NCBI GenBank assembly: GCA_965228875.1 | Contig: OZ245843.1 | Coordinates: 2,648,616-2,712,615 of the forward strand | DNA: 64,000 nucleotides | Direction: 5' to 3' | Origin: Thalassobaculaceae bacterium | GTDB taxonomy: Bacteria > Pseudomonadota > Alphaproteobacteria > Thalassobaculales > Thalassobaculaceae | In this document: piece by piece, positions 18,845 through 28,091 of the stretch | Numbering within the stretch: the stretch's first letter is position 1 | How the letters are laid out: each line of letters starts with the position of its first letter | Position numbers and translations under genes: made by a program | The notes under the pieces: model-generated | Told to the model about the DNA's origin: nothing | What the model saw: the letters and a program-made list of their open reading frames with translations, nothing else | The model's database searches: none

Positions 18845-19726
18845 ATGTCGCCATCCTCATCGTCGGACCCCGCGCACTGGCTGACGACCGACGAGGTCGC
18901 GGTGGATTTCGGGCGCGCCCCAACCGGCGCTCCCGGCGGACGCACGGCGCTGGCGGCAACACCCCTGCTGGTCCTCGTCGGCCTGACCGGAGCGGGCAAG
19001 TCGGCGACGGTCGAGGCCCTGGTGCGCCTCGGCGCCGTTCGAGCGGTGCTGCCGGACCGGCGTGCGCTGACAGACCGGATCATCCTGCCGGCGATGACCG
19101 GCGATCCCGACCGCCGGGTGGCCGATCGGATCGAGCGGTTCCGGCTGACCGCCGCTTTCCGCGAACGTCATCCGGGCGGGATGGGCGCCGTCTTGGCGCA
19201 CCTGTCCATCGAGTCCGCGCTCGCATCGCGGATCGGCACGGGGTGGATCGTCTTCGACGGTGTGCGGGGAGCGGCCGAGGTCGAGGCCGCGGCACGGCTG
19301 CCGCAGACCGTATTCGCGGCACTGCAGGCCCCGCCGGAGATCCGGGTCGCTCGGCTCAGCCTGCGCGGCGACCCGTTCGACCGGGCGGCGCTGACGGAGG
19401 CCGGCGGGCCGCCGGAGACCGGACCGGTCGATGACGACTACGTCCGGGTGCTGATGGAGCAGGGGCTTGAAGACCTGATCGGGCCGTCGGCGCTTCGGCG
19501 GTTGAGCCGGTTGCTGGCCGGGGCTGGCGCCGAGGTTGCGGCGGTGGCCGCCGCCGCCTCGATCGTCGTGGAGGAATCCCGCCACTACGATCCGGCCGAC
19601 GCGCTCGCCGTCCTACGGGAGCGGGTACCGGGCCGGTTGGTCGTCGTCGACACCGCGGAGAACGGCGTCGACGACGTGGTGACACAGATCGTCGCGGAAC
19701 TCGTCCAGCCCCGCGCCGCGTCCTGA
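18845..19726 (+). CDS. P-loop NTPase/kinase-like protein of unknown function
   Basis: LVLVGLTGAGKS Walker A, VFDGVRG, and APPEIRVARL resembling a nucleotide-kinase lid. Confidence 0.7.
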   Translation: MSPSSSSDPAHWLTTDEVAVDFGRAPTGAPGGRTALAATPLLVLVGLTGAGKSATVEALVRLGAVRAVLPDRRALTDRIILPAMTGDPDRRVADRIERFRLTAAFRERHPGGMGAVLAHLSIESALASRIGTGWIVFDGVRGAAEVEAAARLPQTVFAALQAPPEIRVARLSLRGDPFDRAALTEAGGPPETGPVDDDYVRVLMEQGLEDLIGPSALRRLSRLLAGAGAEVAAVAAAASIVVEESRHYDPADALAVLRERVPGRLVVVDTAENGVDDVVTQIVAELVQPRAAS

Positions 19727-20104
19727 TTACTCGCCCGTGTACCAGGCGTCGGCGTACAGACCGCCGCTGACCGCACCGAGCAGGCGCATGCTGCCCCGGA
19801 AGAAGGCATAGCCCGGCGTATGGACCAGCGCGAGGGCGCTGCCCTGACCGAGCGCGCCGATGCTGGAGCCGGTCAGCATGCCGTAGACCGGCAGGATCAG
19901 ACCATCGGTGACGATCGTGGCGACCACCGCACCGCCGACCACGCCGGCGGTCACGGCGACGGCCCGGTAGGCGTCGAAGCCCGACGCCTCGATCGATTCC
20001 GGAACGGCCGGCACACTGCTCTGGGCCTGGGCGCCGGTGGCACCGGCGACGACGAGGCCGAGAACGACCACCAGGGCCCTGGCGAGCATGGAAAGCTTGG
20101 TCAT
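19727..20104 (-). CDS. Exported/membrane glycine-zipper small protein 1
   Basis: Signal peptide (AQA); AGVVGGAVVA and LLGAVSGGLYADAWY GxxxG segments. Confidence 0.7.
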   Translation of the reverse strand: MTKLSMLARALVVVLGLVVAGATGAQAQSSVPAVPESIEASGFDAYRAVAVTAGVVGGAVVATIVTDGLILPVYGMLTGSSIGALGQGSALALVHTPGYAFFRGSMRLLGAVSGGLYADAWYTGE

Positions 20105-20176
20105 GAGGTTTCTCCCTTCAAGGACAGCTCGATTAAAGTGTGCAAGGCGTTCGGTCCGGCACCCGTCGGCCGGGTC

Positions 20177-20578
20177 TCAGTCACGGGCAAAGTAGTTGCC
20201 GGCCAGCCCGCCCCCGAAGGCGACGACGGCCGTTGCGAGTGTGTGGATCGCCATCTCGCCGGCCAGCGGCGCGGTTCCGAGGGCCGCCAGCCATGTGCCG
20301 CCGATGACGTTCGATGTCTGCAGTCCGACGACCGGGGCGAGCGCCGCCCCACCGGTGACGACATTCAGTGCCAAAGCGCCTCCGGCGGCGCCGAGAAACG
20401 AACCGCCGAGCGAACTGACGAGTACGGCGTCAGTGTCCCGCGCGTCGTCGAGCGACTGCACGATGGTCGGGCCGAGCGCGGGCTGGCCCGCCAAGCCGCC
20501 CTGTTGGGCCGCGACGGGCGACGCCACCAGAGCGAGCGCTACCGCGGCGATTGCGAGAATTCCGTTCGTCTTGCCCAC
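20177..20578 (-). CDS. Exported/membrane glycine-zipper small protein 2
   Basis: GTG start after AAGGGGG; signal peptide; LGGSFLGAAGGALALN and AFGGGLAGNYF. Confidence 0.7.
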   Translation of the reverse strand: MGKTNGILAIAAVALALVASPVAAQQGGLAGQPALGPTIVQSLDDARDTDAVLVSSLGGSFLGAAGGALALNVVTGGAALAPVVGLQTSNVIGGTWLAALGTAPLAGEMAIHTLATAVVAFGGGLAGNYFARD

Positions 20579-20954
20579 TTCGCCCCCCTTCGACCTCCGG
20601 CCGGTCCGGCCGATGGCGACCGCCGATTTTCCCGGCTCTATCGGTAACCATACCATATCGATGGCTGTATCACCGCCGACCTCGGCTGCGACATTTGGGC
20701 CCGCGCATCCCACCCCGTCGGACCCGAGCGCCGGGCGCGCCTAGCCTGACACCTTCGAATCCGTGATCGGGAATACCGACCCGACCTCCCAAAGGCTTGA
20801 AAACACCCGTCTTCGATCCTACCGTTCTGCCAATTGGGTGGCAACCGACGGCGGCGGCGCGGGCCATAGACAGCGCCGGGACGCGGCTTGCGCGGACCAT
20901 GCCGGATGGCCCCGCCGAGAGAGATTTCGTTGCCGCACCGCGGAAGGCCGTCCC

Positions 20955-21479
20955 ATGGAGCACAGCGCCGAACAGATCGTCGCGCACTGTAGCGGCGCCT
21001 TCAGCACCCTCACGCTGTTCGAGACGCACCTGGCCATCGACCGCGGCCAGCTCATCTGCGATTTCCACGAGATCGTGTTCCGCTCCCACCCGGTCCGCAA
21101 GAGCCGGATCGAGATCGCCGAGATCACCGATCTCAGCCTCACGGCATCGATGATCCTGCCGCCGCTCTTCGTCATCCGCTATGCCGGTTGCTCGCAGCTC
21201 ACCGGCTCGATCCTGCACGACGCCATTCTTGAAAACGTCCACATGCTCAGCTTCGTTGACAACCGCCCGTTCTACGCGCTGTACCATGCGCTCGACGACA
21301 TGATCTCCGAGTTCCGGTCGCGGGCGTTGGACGAGGGCGACACCGACGCGGCTCCCGCCGGGATCGACGCCCAAGACCCGAGCGACCCGGAACAGAAAGA
21401 CCCGGAACGGACCGAGCCGGACCAGACCGACCCAGGATTGCCCGCACCGGCGCAGTCCGACAGAACAGCGACGACCTGA
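20955..21479 (+). CDS. Hypothetical protein (beta-rich N-terminus, acidic Pro-rich tail)
   Basis: GC3-biased ORF, first gene of the 20955-24179 operon. Confidence 0.65.
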   Translation: MEHSAEQIVAHCSGAFSTLTLFETHLAIDRGQLICDFHEIVFRSHPVRKSRIEIAEITDLSLTASMILPPLFVIRYAGCSQLTGSILHDAILENVHMLSFVDNRPFYALYHALDDMISEFRSRALDEGDTDAAPAGIDAQDPSDPEQKDPERTEPDQTDPGLPAPAQSDRTATT

Positions 21480-21483
21480 TGCC

Positions 21484-22596
21484 ATGACGCTTCGCACTGC
21501 CGCGACCTACCTGTTCTCGCTCGCGATCCTCGGGGCTTTCGCCACCAGCGGGGTCTACGCGTTCCGCGGATCGCCGTTCGGTGGCCAGGAGAACGCCGCC
21601 GAGTTCGTGCGTCCCGACTGGGCGCGCGAGATCAACAACCACGTCGGCTTCCCCGCCTACAGGCTGCGCGACGACGGCTCGTCGGTCGCCATCGGGCGGG
21701 TCGTGATGCTGGGGCCGGAACGCCTCGAGGTTTCGGTGTTCCCCGACGTGCACATGCCGCCGCTGGGCGAGGCGCGGGTGCTGCTGCTGGAGACCAACGC
21801 CCGCTCCCTGCTGGCTCTGGTTCCAGACGCGTCCAGGGCGCAGATGGGGCGGGACATGGAGCGGGTCGCCCGCTCGATGCGCGACCGCTTCGTGTCCATC
21901 GTGCGCGACCCGGCGTTCGACGAGCGGTACCGCACCCGCCTGCAGGATATCGTGGTCGACGCCTACCGCAGGGTCCGGGCCGATCCGGCCCTGGATCTCG
22001 CCACTGACCGGGCGATCGAGATCTATCGCCACGAATACGCTCCCGAACTCAGCAACAGCCTGCTGATCGCCGCCGTGCCACGGATGCGCGCCGCCGCGCT
22101 GGAGATGATGACGCCGAGCTGGCAGAGCATGATCGACCTGATCACCGAAGGCAGGGTCGACTACAGCCCGCTCGGCGACGCCGCTGCCGACCTGCTGCGC
22201 AATGACAGCTTTTTCGACTCGCTCGTCGTCCACGCCCTCGACCTCGGCCGCGACCGGCGGTTCTGGCGGCTCGGCGTGCTGCTGGCCGATGCCTTCATCG
22301 ACGAGATTTCCGACGATCCCCGCACCGAGGCGCTGCTCGACGACATTGCCCGGGATCCGGCCTTCCACACCGAGCTGCAGGTGCTGGAGCGGGAGGCCGC
22401 GACGGCGGCCACGACCATGTTCTCGAGCGTCGTCGGCCGCGGGCCCGAGATGCGCCCGGACACCCTGGCGGTCCGCATCATCCGTTATATCCTGCTGCGC
22501 CGTCCCCGCGTCGTCGCCGTCGTTCTCGAGGAGGGCGCCACGCCGCCCTCCAGCATGCTGGGACGCTTCGCCCCCCTGACCAAGGCCGGATCTTGA
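21484..22596 (+). CDS. Membrane-anchored protein with a long helical region (possible MCE/MlaD analogue)
   Basis: N-terminal TM, short beta-rich segment, then helical region; stop overlaps the start of the MlaF-MlaE fusion. Confidence 0.65.
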   Translation: MTLRTAATYLFSLAILGAFATSGVYAFRGSPFGGQENAAEFVRPDWAREINNHVGFPAYRLRDDGSSVAIGRVVMLGPERLEVSVFPDVHMPPLGEARVLLLETNARSLLALVPDASRAQMGRDMERVARSMRDRFVSIVRDPAFDERYRTRLQDIVVDAYRRVRADPALDLATDRAIEIYRHEYAPELSNSLLIAAVPRMRAAALEMMTPSWQSMIDLITEGRVDYSPLGDAAADLLRNDSFFDSLVVHALDLGRDRRFWRLGVLLADAFIDEISDDPRTEALLDDIARDPAFHTELQVLEREAATAATTMFSSVVGRGPEMRPDTLAVRIIRYILLRRPRVVAVVLEEGATPPSSMLGRFAPLTKAGS

Positions 22597-24179
22597 CCCT
22601 GACTCCGAACGATGTTTCCGGCGGGCCCGTCCTCACGGTCTCGTCGCTCTCGATCACGCAGCCGGCCGGACGGGTCCTGCTGCGCGACGTCGATCTGTCG
22701 CTGAACGCCGGCGAGATCGTCATCCTCGCCGGACCGAGCGGTAGCGGAAAATCCACGTTCATCAACCTGCTGTCCGGCGCGATCGATCCGCGCGAGGACG
22801 GCTGGCAGGCCTCCGGCTCCGTCGCCTACGGCGGCGGCACCTACGACCTGGCCAGCGACCGGGTGGCGATCGGCGGCGTGGTGTTCCAGAACTTCGCGCT
22901 GTTCGACGACCTGTCGATCGCCGACAACCTCGCGATCGCCAGCGATCACAGCGCACCGGTCGGCCAGGGCCTGCGGGAGGCGATCGATCACCTGCTGGAG
23001 GACGTCGACCGGCACCGGCCAGTGGGCGCGGCCAGCGGCGGGCAGCGCCAGCGCGTCGCCATCGCCCGCACCCTGCTGGGCAACCATCCGGTGCTGTTCC
23101 TCGACGAGCCGAACTCCGGTCTCGACGTGTCGTCCTCGCGCCAGCTCGCCCGCCTGCTGCGCGACCTGGTCGACGAGGTCGGGATTCCGCTGGTCATCAT
23201 CGCCCACCACTTCCGCCACCTCATCGACATCGCCGACAGGATGATGGTGCTGGACTCCAACGGACACACCCTGGTCGAGCTTCCGGTCGCCGGCGACGCC
23301 ATCGAGGCGGCCCTGTCGGCGGTGGAGAGCGGCGAGACGGTGACGCCGGCCGAACCGGCGCCGCGACCGGAGCGCAGGGAGCCGGACACGACCGCGGCCG
23401 CAAGTCCGCCATCGGCCCTCGCCAGCCCGGAATGGCGCCTGGAATGGGCGCTGCGGTACTTCTTCGGCTACATCTGGGAGCTGTGCTTCGCCCCGTCGGC
23501 GCTGCTGTTCGTCGGCCTCGGCTGCACCATCGTCGGTTTCGTGACGACCTGGTTCATCTTCATGTACCTGCCGTTCCGCGACTACCTGCTGCCGGTCATT
23601 CATTCCGACGCGCTGGCCGGCCTTGCCTTCGCCGAACTGCGGGTGCTCGCGCCGCTGATGGCGGCGGTGCTGATCAGCGTGCGCAACTGTTCGCTGATCA
23701 CCGCCAATATCGGCCACAAGGTCTATTCCGATCAGATCAAGTCGATGCGCAACCTGAACGTCCCGCACCGGCTCTACCTGAACACCATGATCATGACCGC
23801 GTCCGCGGTGGCGGCGGTGTTCCTGGCGGTCGTCGCGGTCAGCGTCACCGCCTGGATGACGATGATGACCTGGTCCCAGATCTTCCCCGACGGCTCGACC
23901 TACATGTGGCGCGACCAGTTCTTCCAACGCCTGTGGCCCCCGGGCGTGTCCATCATGGTCGGCTGGGACTGGATCCTCGCCAAGAGCGTGCCGTCGATCG
24001 TCGGCGCCGCCGCCATCGCGCTGTATTTCGGGTACCGTCCCAAGAAGGACGTCCTGGACATCAACAGGGCGATCGCCCAGTCGCTGATCTGGGGGCTGTC
24101 CTTCGTCCTGACCTGGCAGTCCATTCTCACGCTCGTCGAATTCAAGCAGGTGTCCGCCCGGCTCGAAGCGACGTTCTGA
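22593..24179 (+). CDS. ABC ATPase fused to an MlaE-type permease
   Basis: GPSGSGKST, VFQNFALF, ASGGQRQR and LFLDEP, followed by the MlaE-like LRVLAPLMAAVLISVRNCSLITANIG...QIKSMRNLNV...YL. Confidence 0.85.
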   Translation: MTLTPNDVSGGPVLTVSSLSITQPAGRVLLRDVDLSLNAGEIVILAGPSGSGKSTFINLLSGAIDPREDGWQASGSVAYGGGTYDLASDRVAIGGVVFQNFALFDDLSIADNLAIASDHSAPVGQGLREAIDHLLEDVDRHRPVGAASGGQRQRVAIARTLLGNHPVLFLDEPNSGLDVSSSRQLARLLRDLVDEVGIPLVIIAHHFRHLIDIADRMMVLDSNGHTLVELPVAGDAIEAALSAVESGETVTPAEPAPRPERREPDTTAAASPPSALASPEWRLEWALRYFFGYIWELCFAPSALLFVGLGCTIVGFVTTWFIFMYLPFRDYLLPVIHSDALAGLAFAELRVLAPLMAAVLISVRNCSLITANIGHKVYSDQIKSMRNLNVPHRLYLNTMIMTASAVAAVFLAVVAVSVTAWMTMMTWSQIFPDGSTYMWRDQFFQRLWPPGVSIMVGWDWILAKSVPSIVGAAAIALYFGYRPKKDVLDINRAIAQSLIWGLSFVLTWQSILTLVEFKQVSARLEATF

Positions 24180-24356
24180 CCGGTCAATCGCGCGACCAGC
24201 GGGTACGGTCGGCCGGAACCGGCAATCCGCGACTGGATTTTCGCGGTCACACGCGTCCTAATGCGCCGCAGCGAGAGCCCGGTGCGCAAGGGCCGGTTCA
24301 CCGATCGGCTCATCGTGGGCCGGCCGGATCAGACGCGACGCACGGGAGCCGAACGG

Positions 24357-25265
24357 ATGCAGCAGTTCCTCGACTTCATGGGCGCCATGCGCGGCGGCCG
24401 GAGGTTCGTTTCCCTGGAGGAGGAGCGCGGGCTGCTTCAGACCGCCACCACCCGCCACGGGATGACCCTGGACGATGCCCGCTCGGCCCTGCTGGTCGGC
24501 GCCCGGCAGTCCGACCTGCTTCTTGAGAGCGAGGTCGCCGACGAGGTAACCGCGTTTCTCTCCGCCCGGATCGGCCAGGACGGCCGGGTGAGCAGGGCGA
24601 ACTTCCGCGCCGCCGTCGACTTCTTCGCCCGGCGCACGGGCAATGCCGTCTCGCCGACGGAGGCCGAGCAGCGCGTGCGCCAGTTGGTGGTTCGCGCCGG
24701 CTGGACCCCGGCGCCCGCCGGCTGGCTGTGGCGCAGCACCGCCTGGTTCGACTCCATCCCGGCCCCGACGCCCCGCGCTCGGCCGATGCCGCCGGGGGTC
24801 GGCCTCGAGCCCGGTACCCTTCATGGCGGCGCTCCCCAGGGCGGCGCACCGATGGCGACCGGCGACCCGGGCTCGGTGCTGTCGACCTGGGCCGCCGCGC
24901 TGCGGTCGCGCAACGTGGAGCGGATCCTCGCCCTGTACACCCAGGACGCGCTGCTGCTGGCGACGGCGGAGCACCGACCGCTGATCGGCCCGCCGCAGAT
25001 CCGGACCTATTTCGACCGCCTGACCTCCTACGAGGGTCTGACCGTCACCTTTCAGGAAGAGTTGCAGCGGCTGAGTTCCGACCGGGCGACAACGATCAGC
25101 GGGCTGTACACCTTCGCCTGGATCGACCCGGCAAGCGGCGCCGAACTGGTCACCCCGGCACGCTACACCTACACCGTGCGGGACGGCGACGGCACGCGGG
25201 CGCGGATCAGCCTGCACCACTCCTCCCGGCTGCCCGGAAACTACCCGGGAGCGACCGAGATCTGA
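24357..25265 (+). CDS. Unknown helical domain fused to an iota-carbonic-anhydrase-like / CaMKII-association (NTF2/SnoaL fold) domain
   Basis: C-terminal W..AL, LY..DA.LL(A)T, IRTYF, SGLYTF, PARYTY and HHSS motifs; alternative start at 24261. Confidence 0.75.
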   Translation: MQQFLDFMGAMRGGRRFVSLEEERGLLQTATTRHGMTLDDARSALLVGARQSDLLLESEVADEVTAFLSARIGQDGRVSRANFRAAVDFFARRTGNAVSPTEAEQRVRQLVVRAGWTPAPAGWLWRSTAWFDSIPAPTPRARPMPPGVGLEPGTLHGGAPQGGAPMATGDPGSVLSTWAAALRSRNVERILALYTQDALLLATAEHRPLIGPPQIRTYFDRLTSYEGLTVTFQEELQRLSSDRATTISGLYTFAWIDPASGAELVTPARYTYTVRDGDGTRARISLHHSSRLPGNYPGATEI

Positions 25266-25320
25266 GCGATCGAGATCAGCCAGATCGGACGGCCAGGGGA
25301 CGAACCGTCCCCCGGCTCGC

Positions 25321-25746
25321 TCAGGTCTGGCGGCCTTCCTCGACGATCTTCACGCCGCCGATCCGCGAGTGGAAGTGGGCGTAGCAGAGGCCGATGCACA
25401 TCACCACGACCAGCGTGAACTGCATGGCGTTGACGAGATCCGTGCGGCTCTCGATCACCACCCACTCCTTGTCGATGGCGAACAGGGCGCCGGCCGAGGT
25501 GGTGATCGTCACCAGAAGCAGTCCGGTGCGCTGCAACGCGACGGCCCCGGTCTCGGTGATGTTGTAGACGGCGAAGCCGAGCATGCCGAAGCAGCAGATC
25601 TTCAGGATGATGTCCTGGTCCGGATAGTCCACGACCCAGTGGTAATACGAGTATCCGCTGGTGTTGTACGAGGCGAACACCACGAAGGCCGGATAGAGCA
25701 GCCGGGCCAGAATCCCGCCGGGGCCGAGGATGAAGTGTCCGTCCAT
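25321..25746 (-). CDS. DUF6524-like small membrane protein
   Basis: VFASYNTSGYSYYHWV motif, four hydrophobic segments, C-terminal HFHSRIGG. Confidence 0.65.
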   Translation of the reverse strand: MDGHFILGPGGILARLLYPAFVVFASYNTSGYSYYHWVVDYPDQDIILKICCFGMLGFAVYNITETGAVALQRTGLLLVTITTSAGALFAIDKEWVVIESRTDLVNAMQFTLVVVMCIGLCYAHFHSRIGGVKIVEEGRQT

Positions 25747-25819
25747 GCGATCCGATCCGCCGTTGGACTGCCGCGCAAGGCCGATACCCTAACCAGCCTG
25801 GGCCGCCGTAGGCAAGCGG

Positions 25820-26791
25820 TCAGCAGGCCGCGGCCACCGTCGGCAGCCGACACAGGGAGGTCGACAGGCGGGCCCTGGCATCGGCGATGGTCAGGTCGCG
25901 CTGCTCGCGAACGACAGCGGTGAGTGCGCCCTCCAGTTCCGGCCGGTTCAGGGCGCTGTCTGCCCAGTTGATCATGTAGTCGGCGCCCCAGAGGCCGGCG
26001 GCCAGCACGCCGGAGAAGAGCGAAGCGCCGACCAGCCCGCCGGCGTCCAGCGTCGCGGCGGCGGCGGCACCGCCGAGGGCCGGGATCACCAGCGGCACGA
26101 CGACCATCCGTGTGGCGGCGCTCAGCATCCGGATCGACAGCGGCCGCGCGGAACGGACCAGCACCCGGTCCGCATGGGGCCGATCGTCGTCACCCACCGC
26201 CGCCACCAGCCGGGCGCCGAGCGCAAGCCGTTCCGGTGCCGGCGGCCGCCACCCCGCCAGCAACGGTTCCGCGAACCGGGATGGCGCCCCCCGATCCGCC
26301 CGCTGACGCGCAAGCCGGCGGTCCAGGCGGCGGAGTTGCTCGACCGTGCCCGCCCAAGCCGTCGCCAGGTCCCGCGCGGCGGTCTCCGGCACGATCACCC
26401 GGTCCTCGAACTCGTCACCCACATAGGTTTCCAGATCGCGGACGACACCGGCACCGTCGATCCGTCCGTCGCGTGCGATCTGGGTCCCGGCGGCCTGGAG
26501 CCCCACGCCGGCCAGCCGCGCGCTGACCTCGATGCTGGACAGCCAGCCGTAGATCCAGCCGCCGTAGTCCGGAATCCGGTCCTCGATCCGCTCGAAGGGC
26601 TGCGCCAGCCGCTTCGCCACCAGGTCGTCGGCCGCCAGCCGCAGCGTGAGGGCATCGCGTGCGACCCAACGTTGGGCCCGAACCTCCGAAACCGCGGCCG
26701 AGGCGCCGCCCGCCGGGTACACGACCGTCCAAAGGATCAGCGCGAAAAGCCCACAGGCAATAGAAATCAACAACCGTTGCGAATATTTCAT
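25820..26791 (-). CDS. Hypothetical membrane protein with a glycine-rich hydrophobic hairpin
   Basis: N-terminal TM, helical middle region (RIPDYGGWIYGW), LGGAAAAA..GGLVGASLFSGVLAAGLWGADY. Confidence 0.65.
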   Translation of the reverse strand: MKYSQRLLISIACGLFALILWTVVYPAGGASAAVSEVRAQRWVARDALTLRLAADDLVAKRLAQPFERIEDRIPDYGGWIYGWLSSIEVSARLAGVGLQAAGTQIARDGRIDGAGVVRDLETYVGDEFEDRVIVPETAARDLATAWAGTVEQLRRLDRRLARQRADRGAPSRFAEPLLAGWRPPAPERLALGARLVAAVGDDDRPHADRVLVRSARPLSIRMLSAATRMVVVPLVIPALGGAAAAATLDAGGLVGASLFSGVLAAGLWGADYMINWADSALNRPELEGALTAVVREQRDLTIADARARLSTSLCRLPTVAAAC

Positions 26792-26966
26792 CTACATAAT
26801 GCCATGCATCATTACCGTTCCGACGCGGTCGTGTCGACGCGCCGGACGCGTCGGATCCGGATCAAGAGACCATAAACGAGGTGACGTTCGAAGACCCTTG
26901 ATGCATTATGTGCACCGCAACAGCCTGACGTCGCCAACCGACCAGAAACGAACGGGAGAATGTGGG

Positions 26967-27413
26967 ATGAAAGCGCTGGCTTACTTGTTGTTTTCCGCCG
27001 GCCTCATGATTGGGTCCGTGTCGGCGGCGTCGGCGCAGCAGACCGCTCCGGCGGCGACACCTCCGGCCGTCGAGAGCGCGGTGTCCTCGGCCGAGGCGGT
27101 CGGCGGCGCGGTCCTGACGCCCGAGCAGCTCGAGAATCTGAACGCCCTTGTCGACCAGATGCAGGACAGCATGGACGACATGGTTCAGGCGGCCCGCGAT
27201 GCGGCGCTGCAGATCGGCAGTGACACCAAGACCGTGGTTCTGACCACCAACGACGTCGTGGCCATCGCCATCGGCTCGGTCGGCGGCGCGCTGGCGGTCG
27301 ACCTGCTGGGCGGCGGTGGCATCGCCACGCTGGCCGGTGCCGTGGTCGGCGGCGTGGGGGCGCACTGGCTGATGACGCGCTCCGACGATCTGTTCGAGCT
27401 GCCGTCGTACTGA
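26967..27413 (+). CDS. Exported/membrane glycine-zipper small protein 3
   Basis: Signal peptide (ASA); AIAIGSVGGALAVDLLGGGGIATLAGAVVGGVGAHW. Confidence 0.7.
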   Translation: MKALAYLLFSAGLMIGSVSAASAQQTAPAATPPAVESAVSSAEAVGGAVLTPEQLENLNALVDQMQDSMDDMVQAARDAALQIGSDTKTVVLTTNDVVAIAIGSVGGALAVDLLGGGGIATLAGAVVGGVGAHWLMTRSDDLFELPSY

Positions 27414-27589
27414 GGATATCGGGCGGCGTCCGGAGCGGGCGCCGCCAAGCCTGCAGGGAAGGGAATTTCGGGGGGTACGGCGGTTCCGACGAATCACCCG
27501 GCGAATCGGTTTCTGATTGCGCCGCGGGCCGTTTGCGTTGATAAAATGGCCCCGATTTCAAGGAATTGCTGAACGGGTAGCGGATATCG

Positions 27590-28036
27590 ATGGCGTCAGA
27601 TTCAGAGACGAGACGGCGGTTCGCCGACATGGTCCGCATCGAGGGGATGAACGGCGGGTTCATCCGCGCCGAGGACGAGCGTCGCCTGCTTCAGGAAGGC
27701 ATGACCCGCTTCAACCTGACCCTCGACGAAGCCAACGGCGCCATGCTGGCGACGGTCAACGATCAGAAGCTGGTGCTTCAACGGGTCGCCGACGAGGGAA
27801 CCCGCGAATTCCTCAACATGCAGGCCAACCGCGGTCGCCAGCGCCGCCTTTCCCGCGACGACTTCCGGCAGGCGGTGGAACTGTACCGGGCCAAGGCCCG
27901 CCAGCGGGTCTCCGAGGACGAGGCCAAGCGGCGGGTGAAGGCCCTGATGCTCGAAGAGGGCATCACCGCGAAGCGGCACGGCTGGTTCATCCGGTCGCGA
28001 CGCTGGTTCAATTCCATTCCGGAACTGCTTGCATAG
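27590..28036 (+). CDS. Stand-alone paralog of the N-terminal domain of the 24357 protein
   Basis: Shared motifs E(E/D)ER.LLQ, TR...TLD(D/E)A, SR..FR.AV, VS..EA..RV and GW..RS..WF.SIP. Confidence 0.75.
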   Translation: MASDSETRRRFADMVRIEGMNGGFIRAEDERRLLQEGMTRFNLTLDEANGAMLATVNDQKLVLQRVADEGTREFLNMQANRGRQRRLSRDDFRQAVELYRAKARQRVSEDEAKRRVKALMLEEGITAKRHGWFIRSRRWFNSIPELLA

Positions 28037-28091
28037 GACATCAGGGGTAAGCCCGCCGGCACCCCGTGGCCCGCAACCCGAGGATAGTGGC

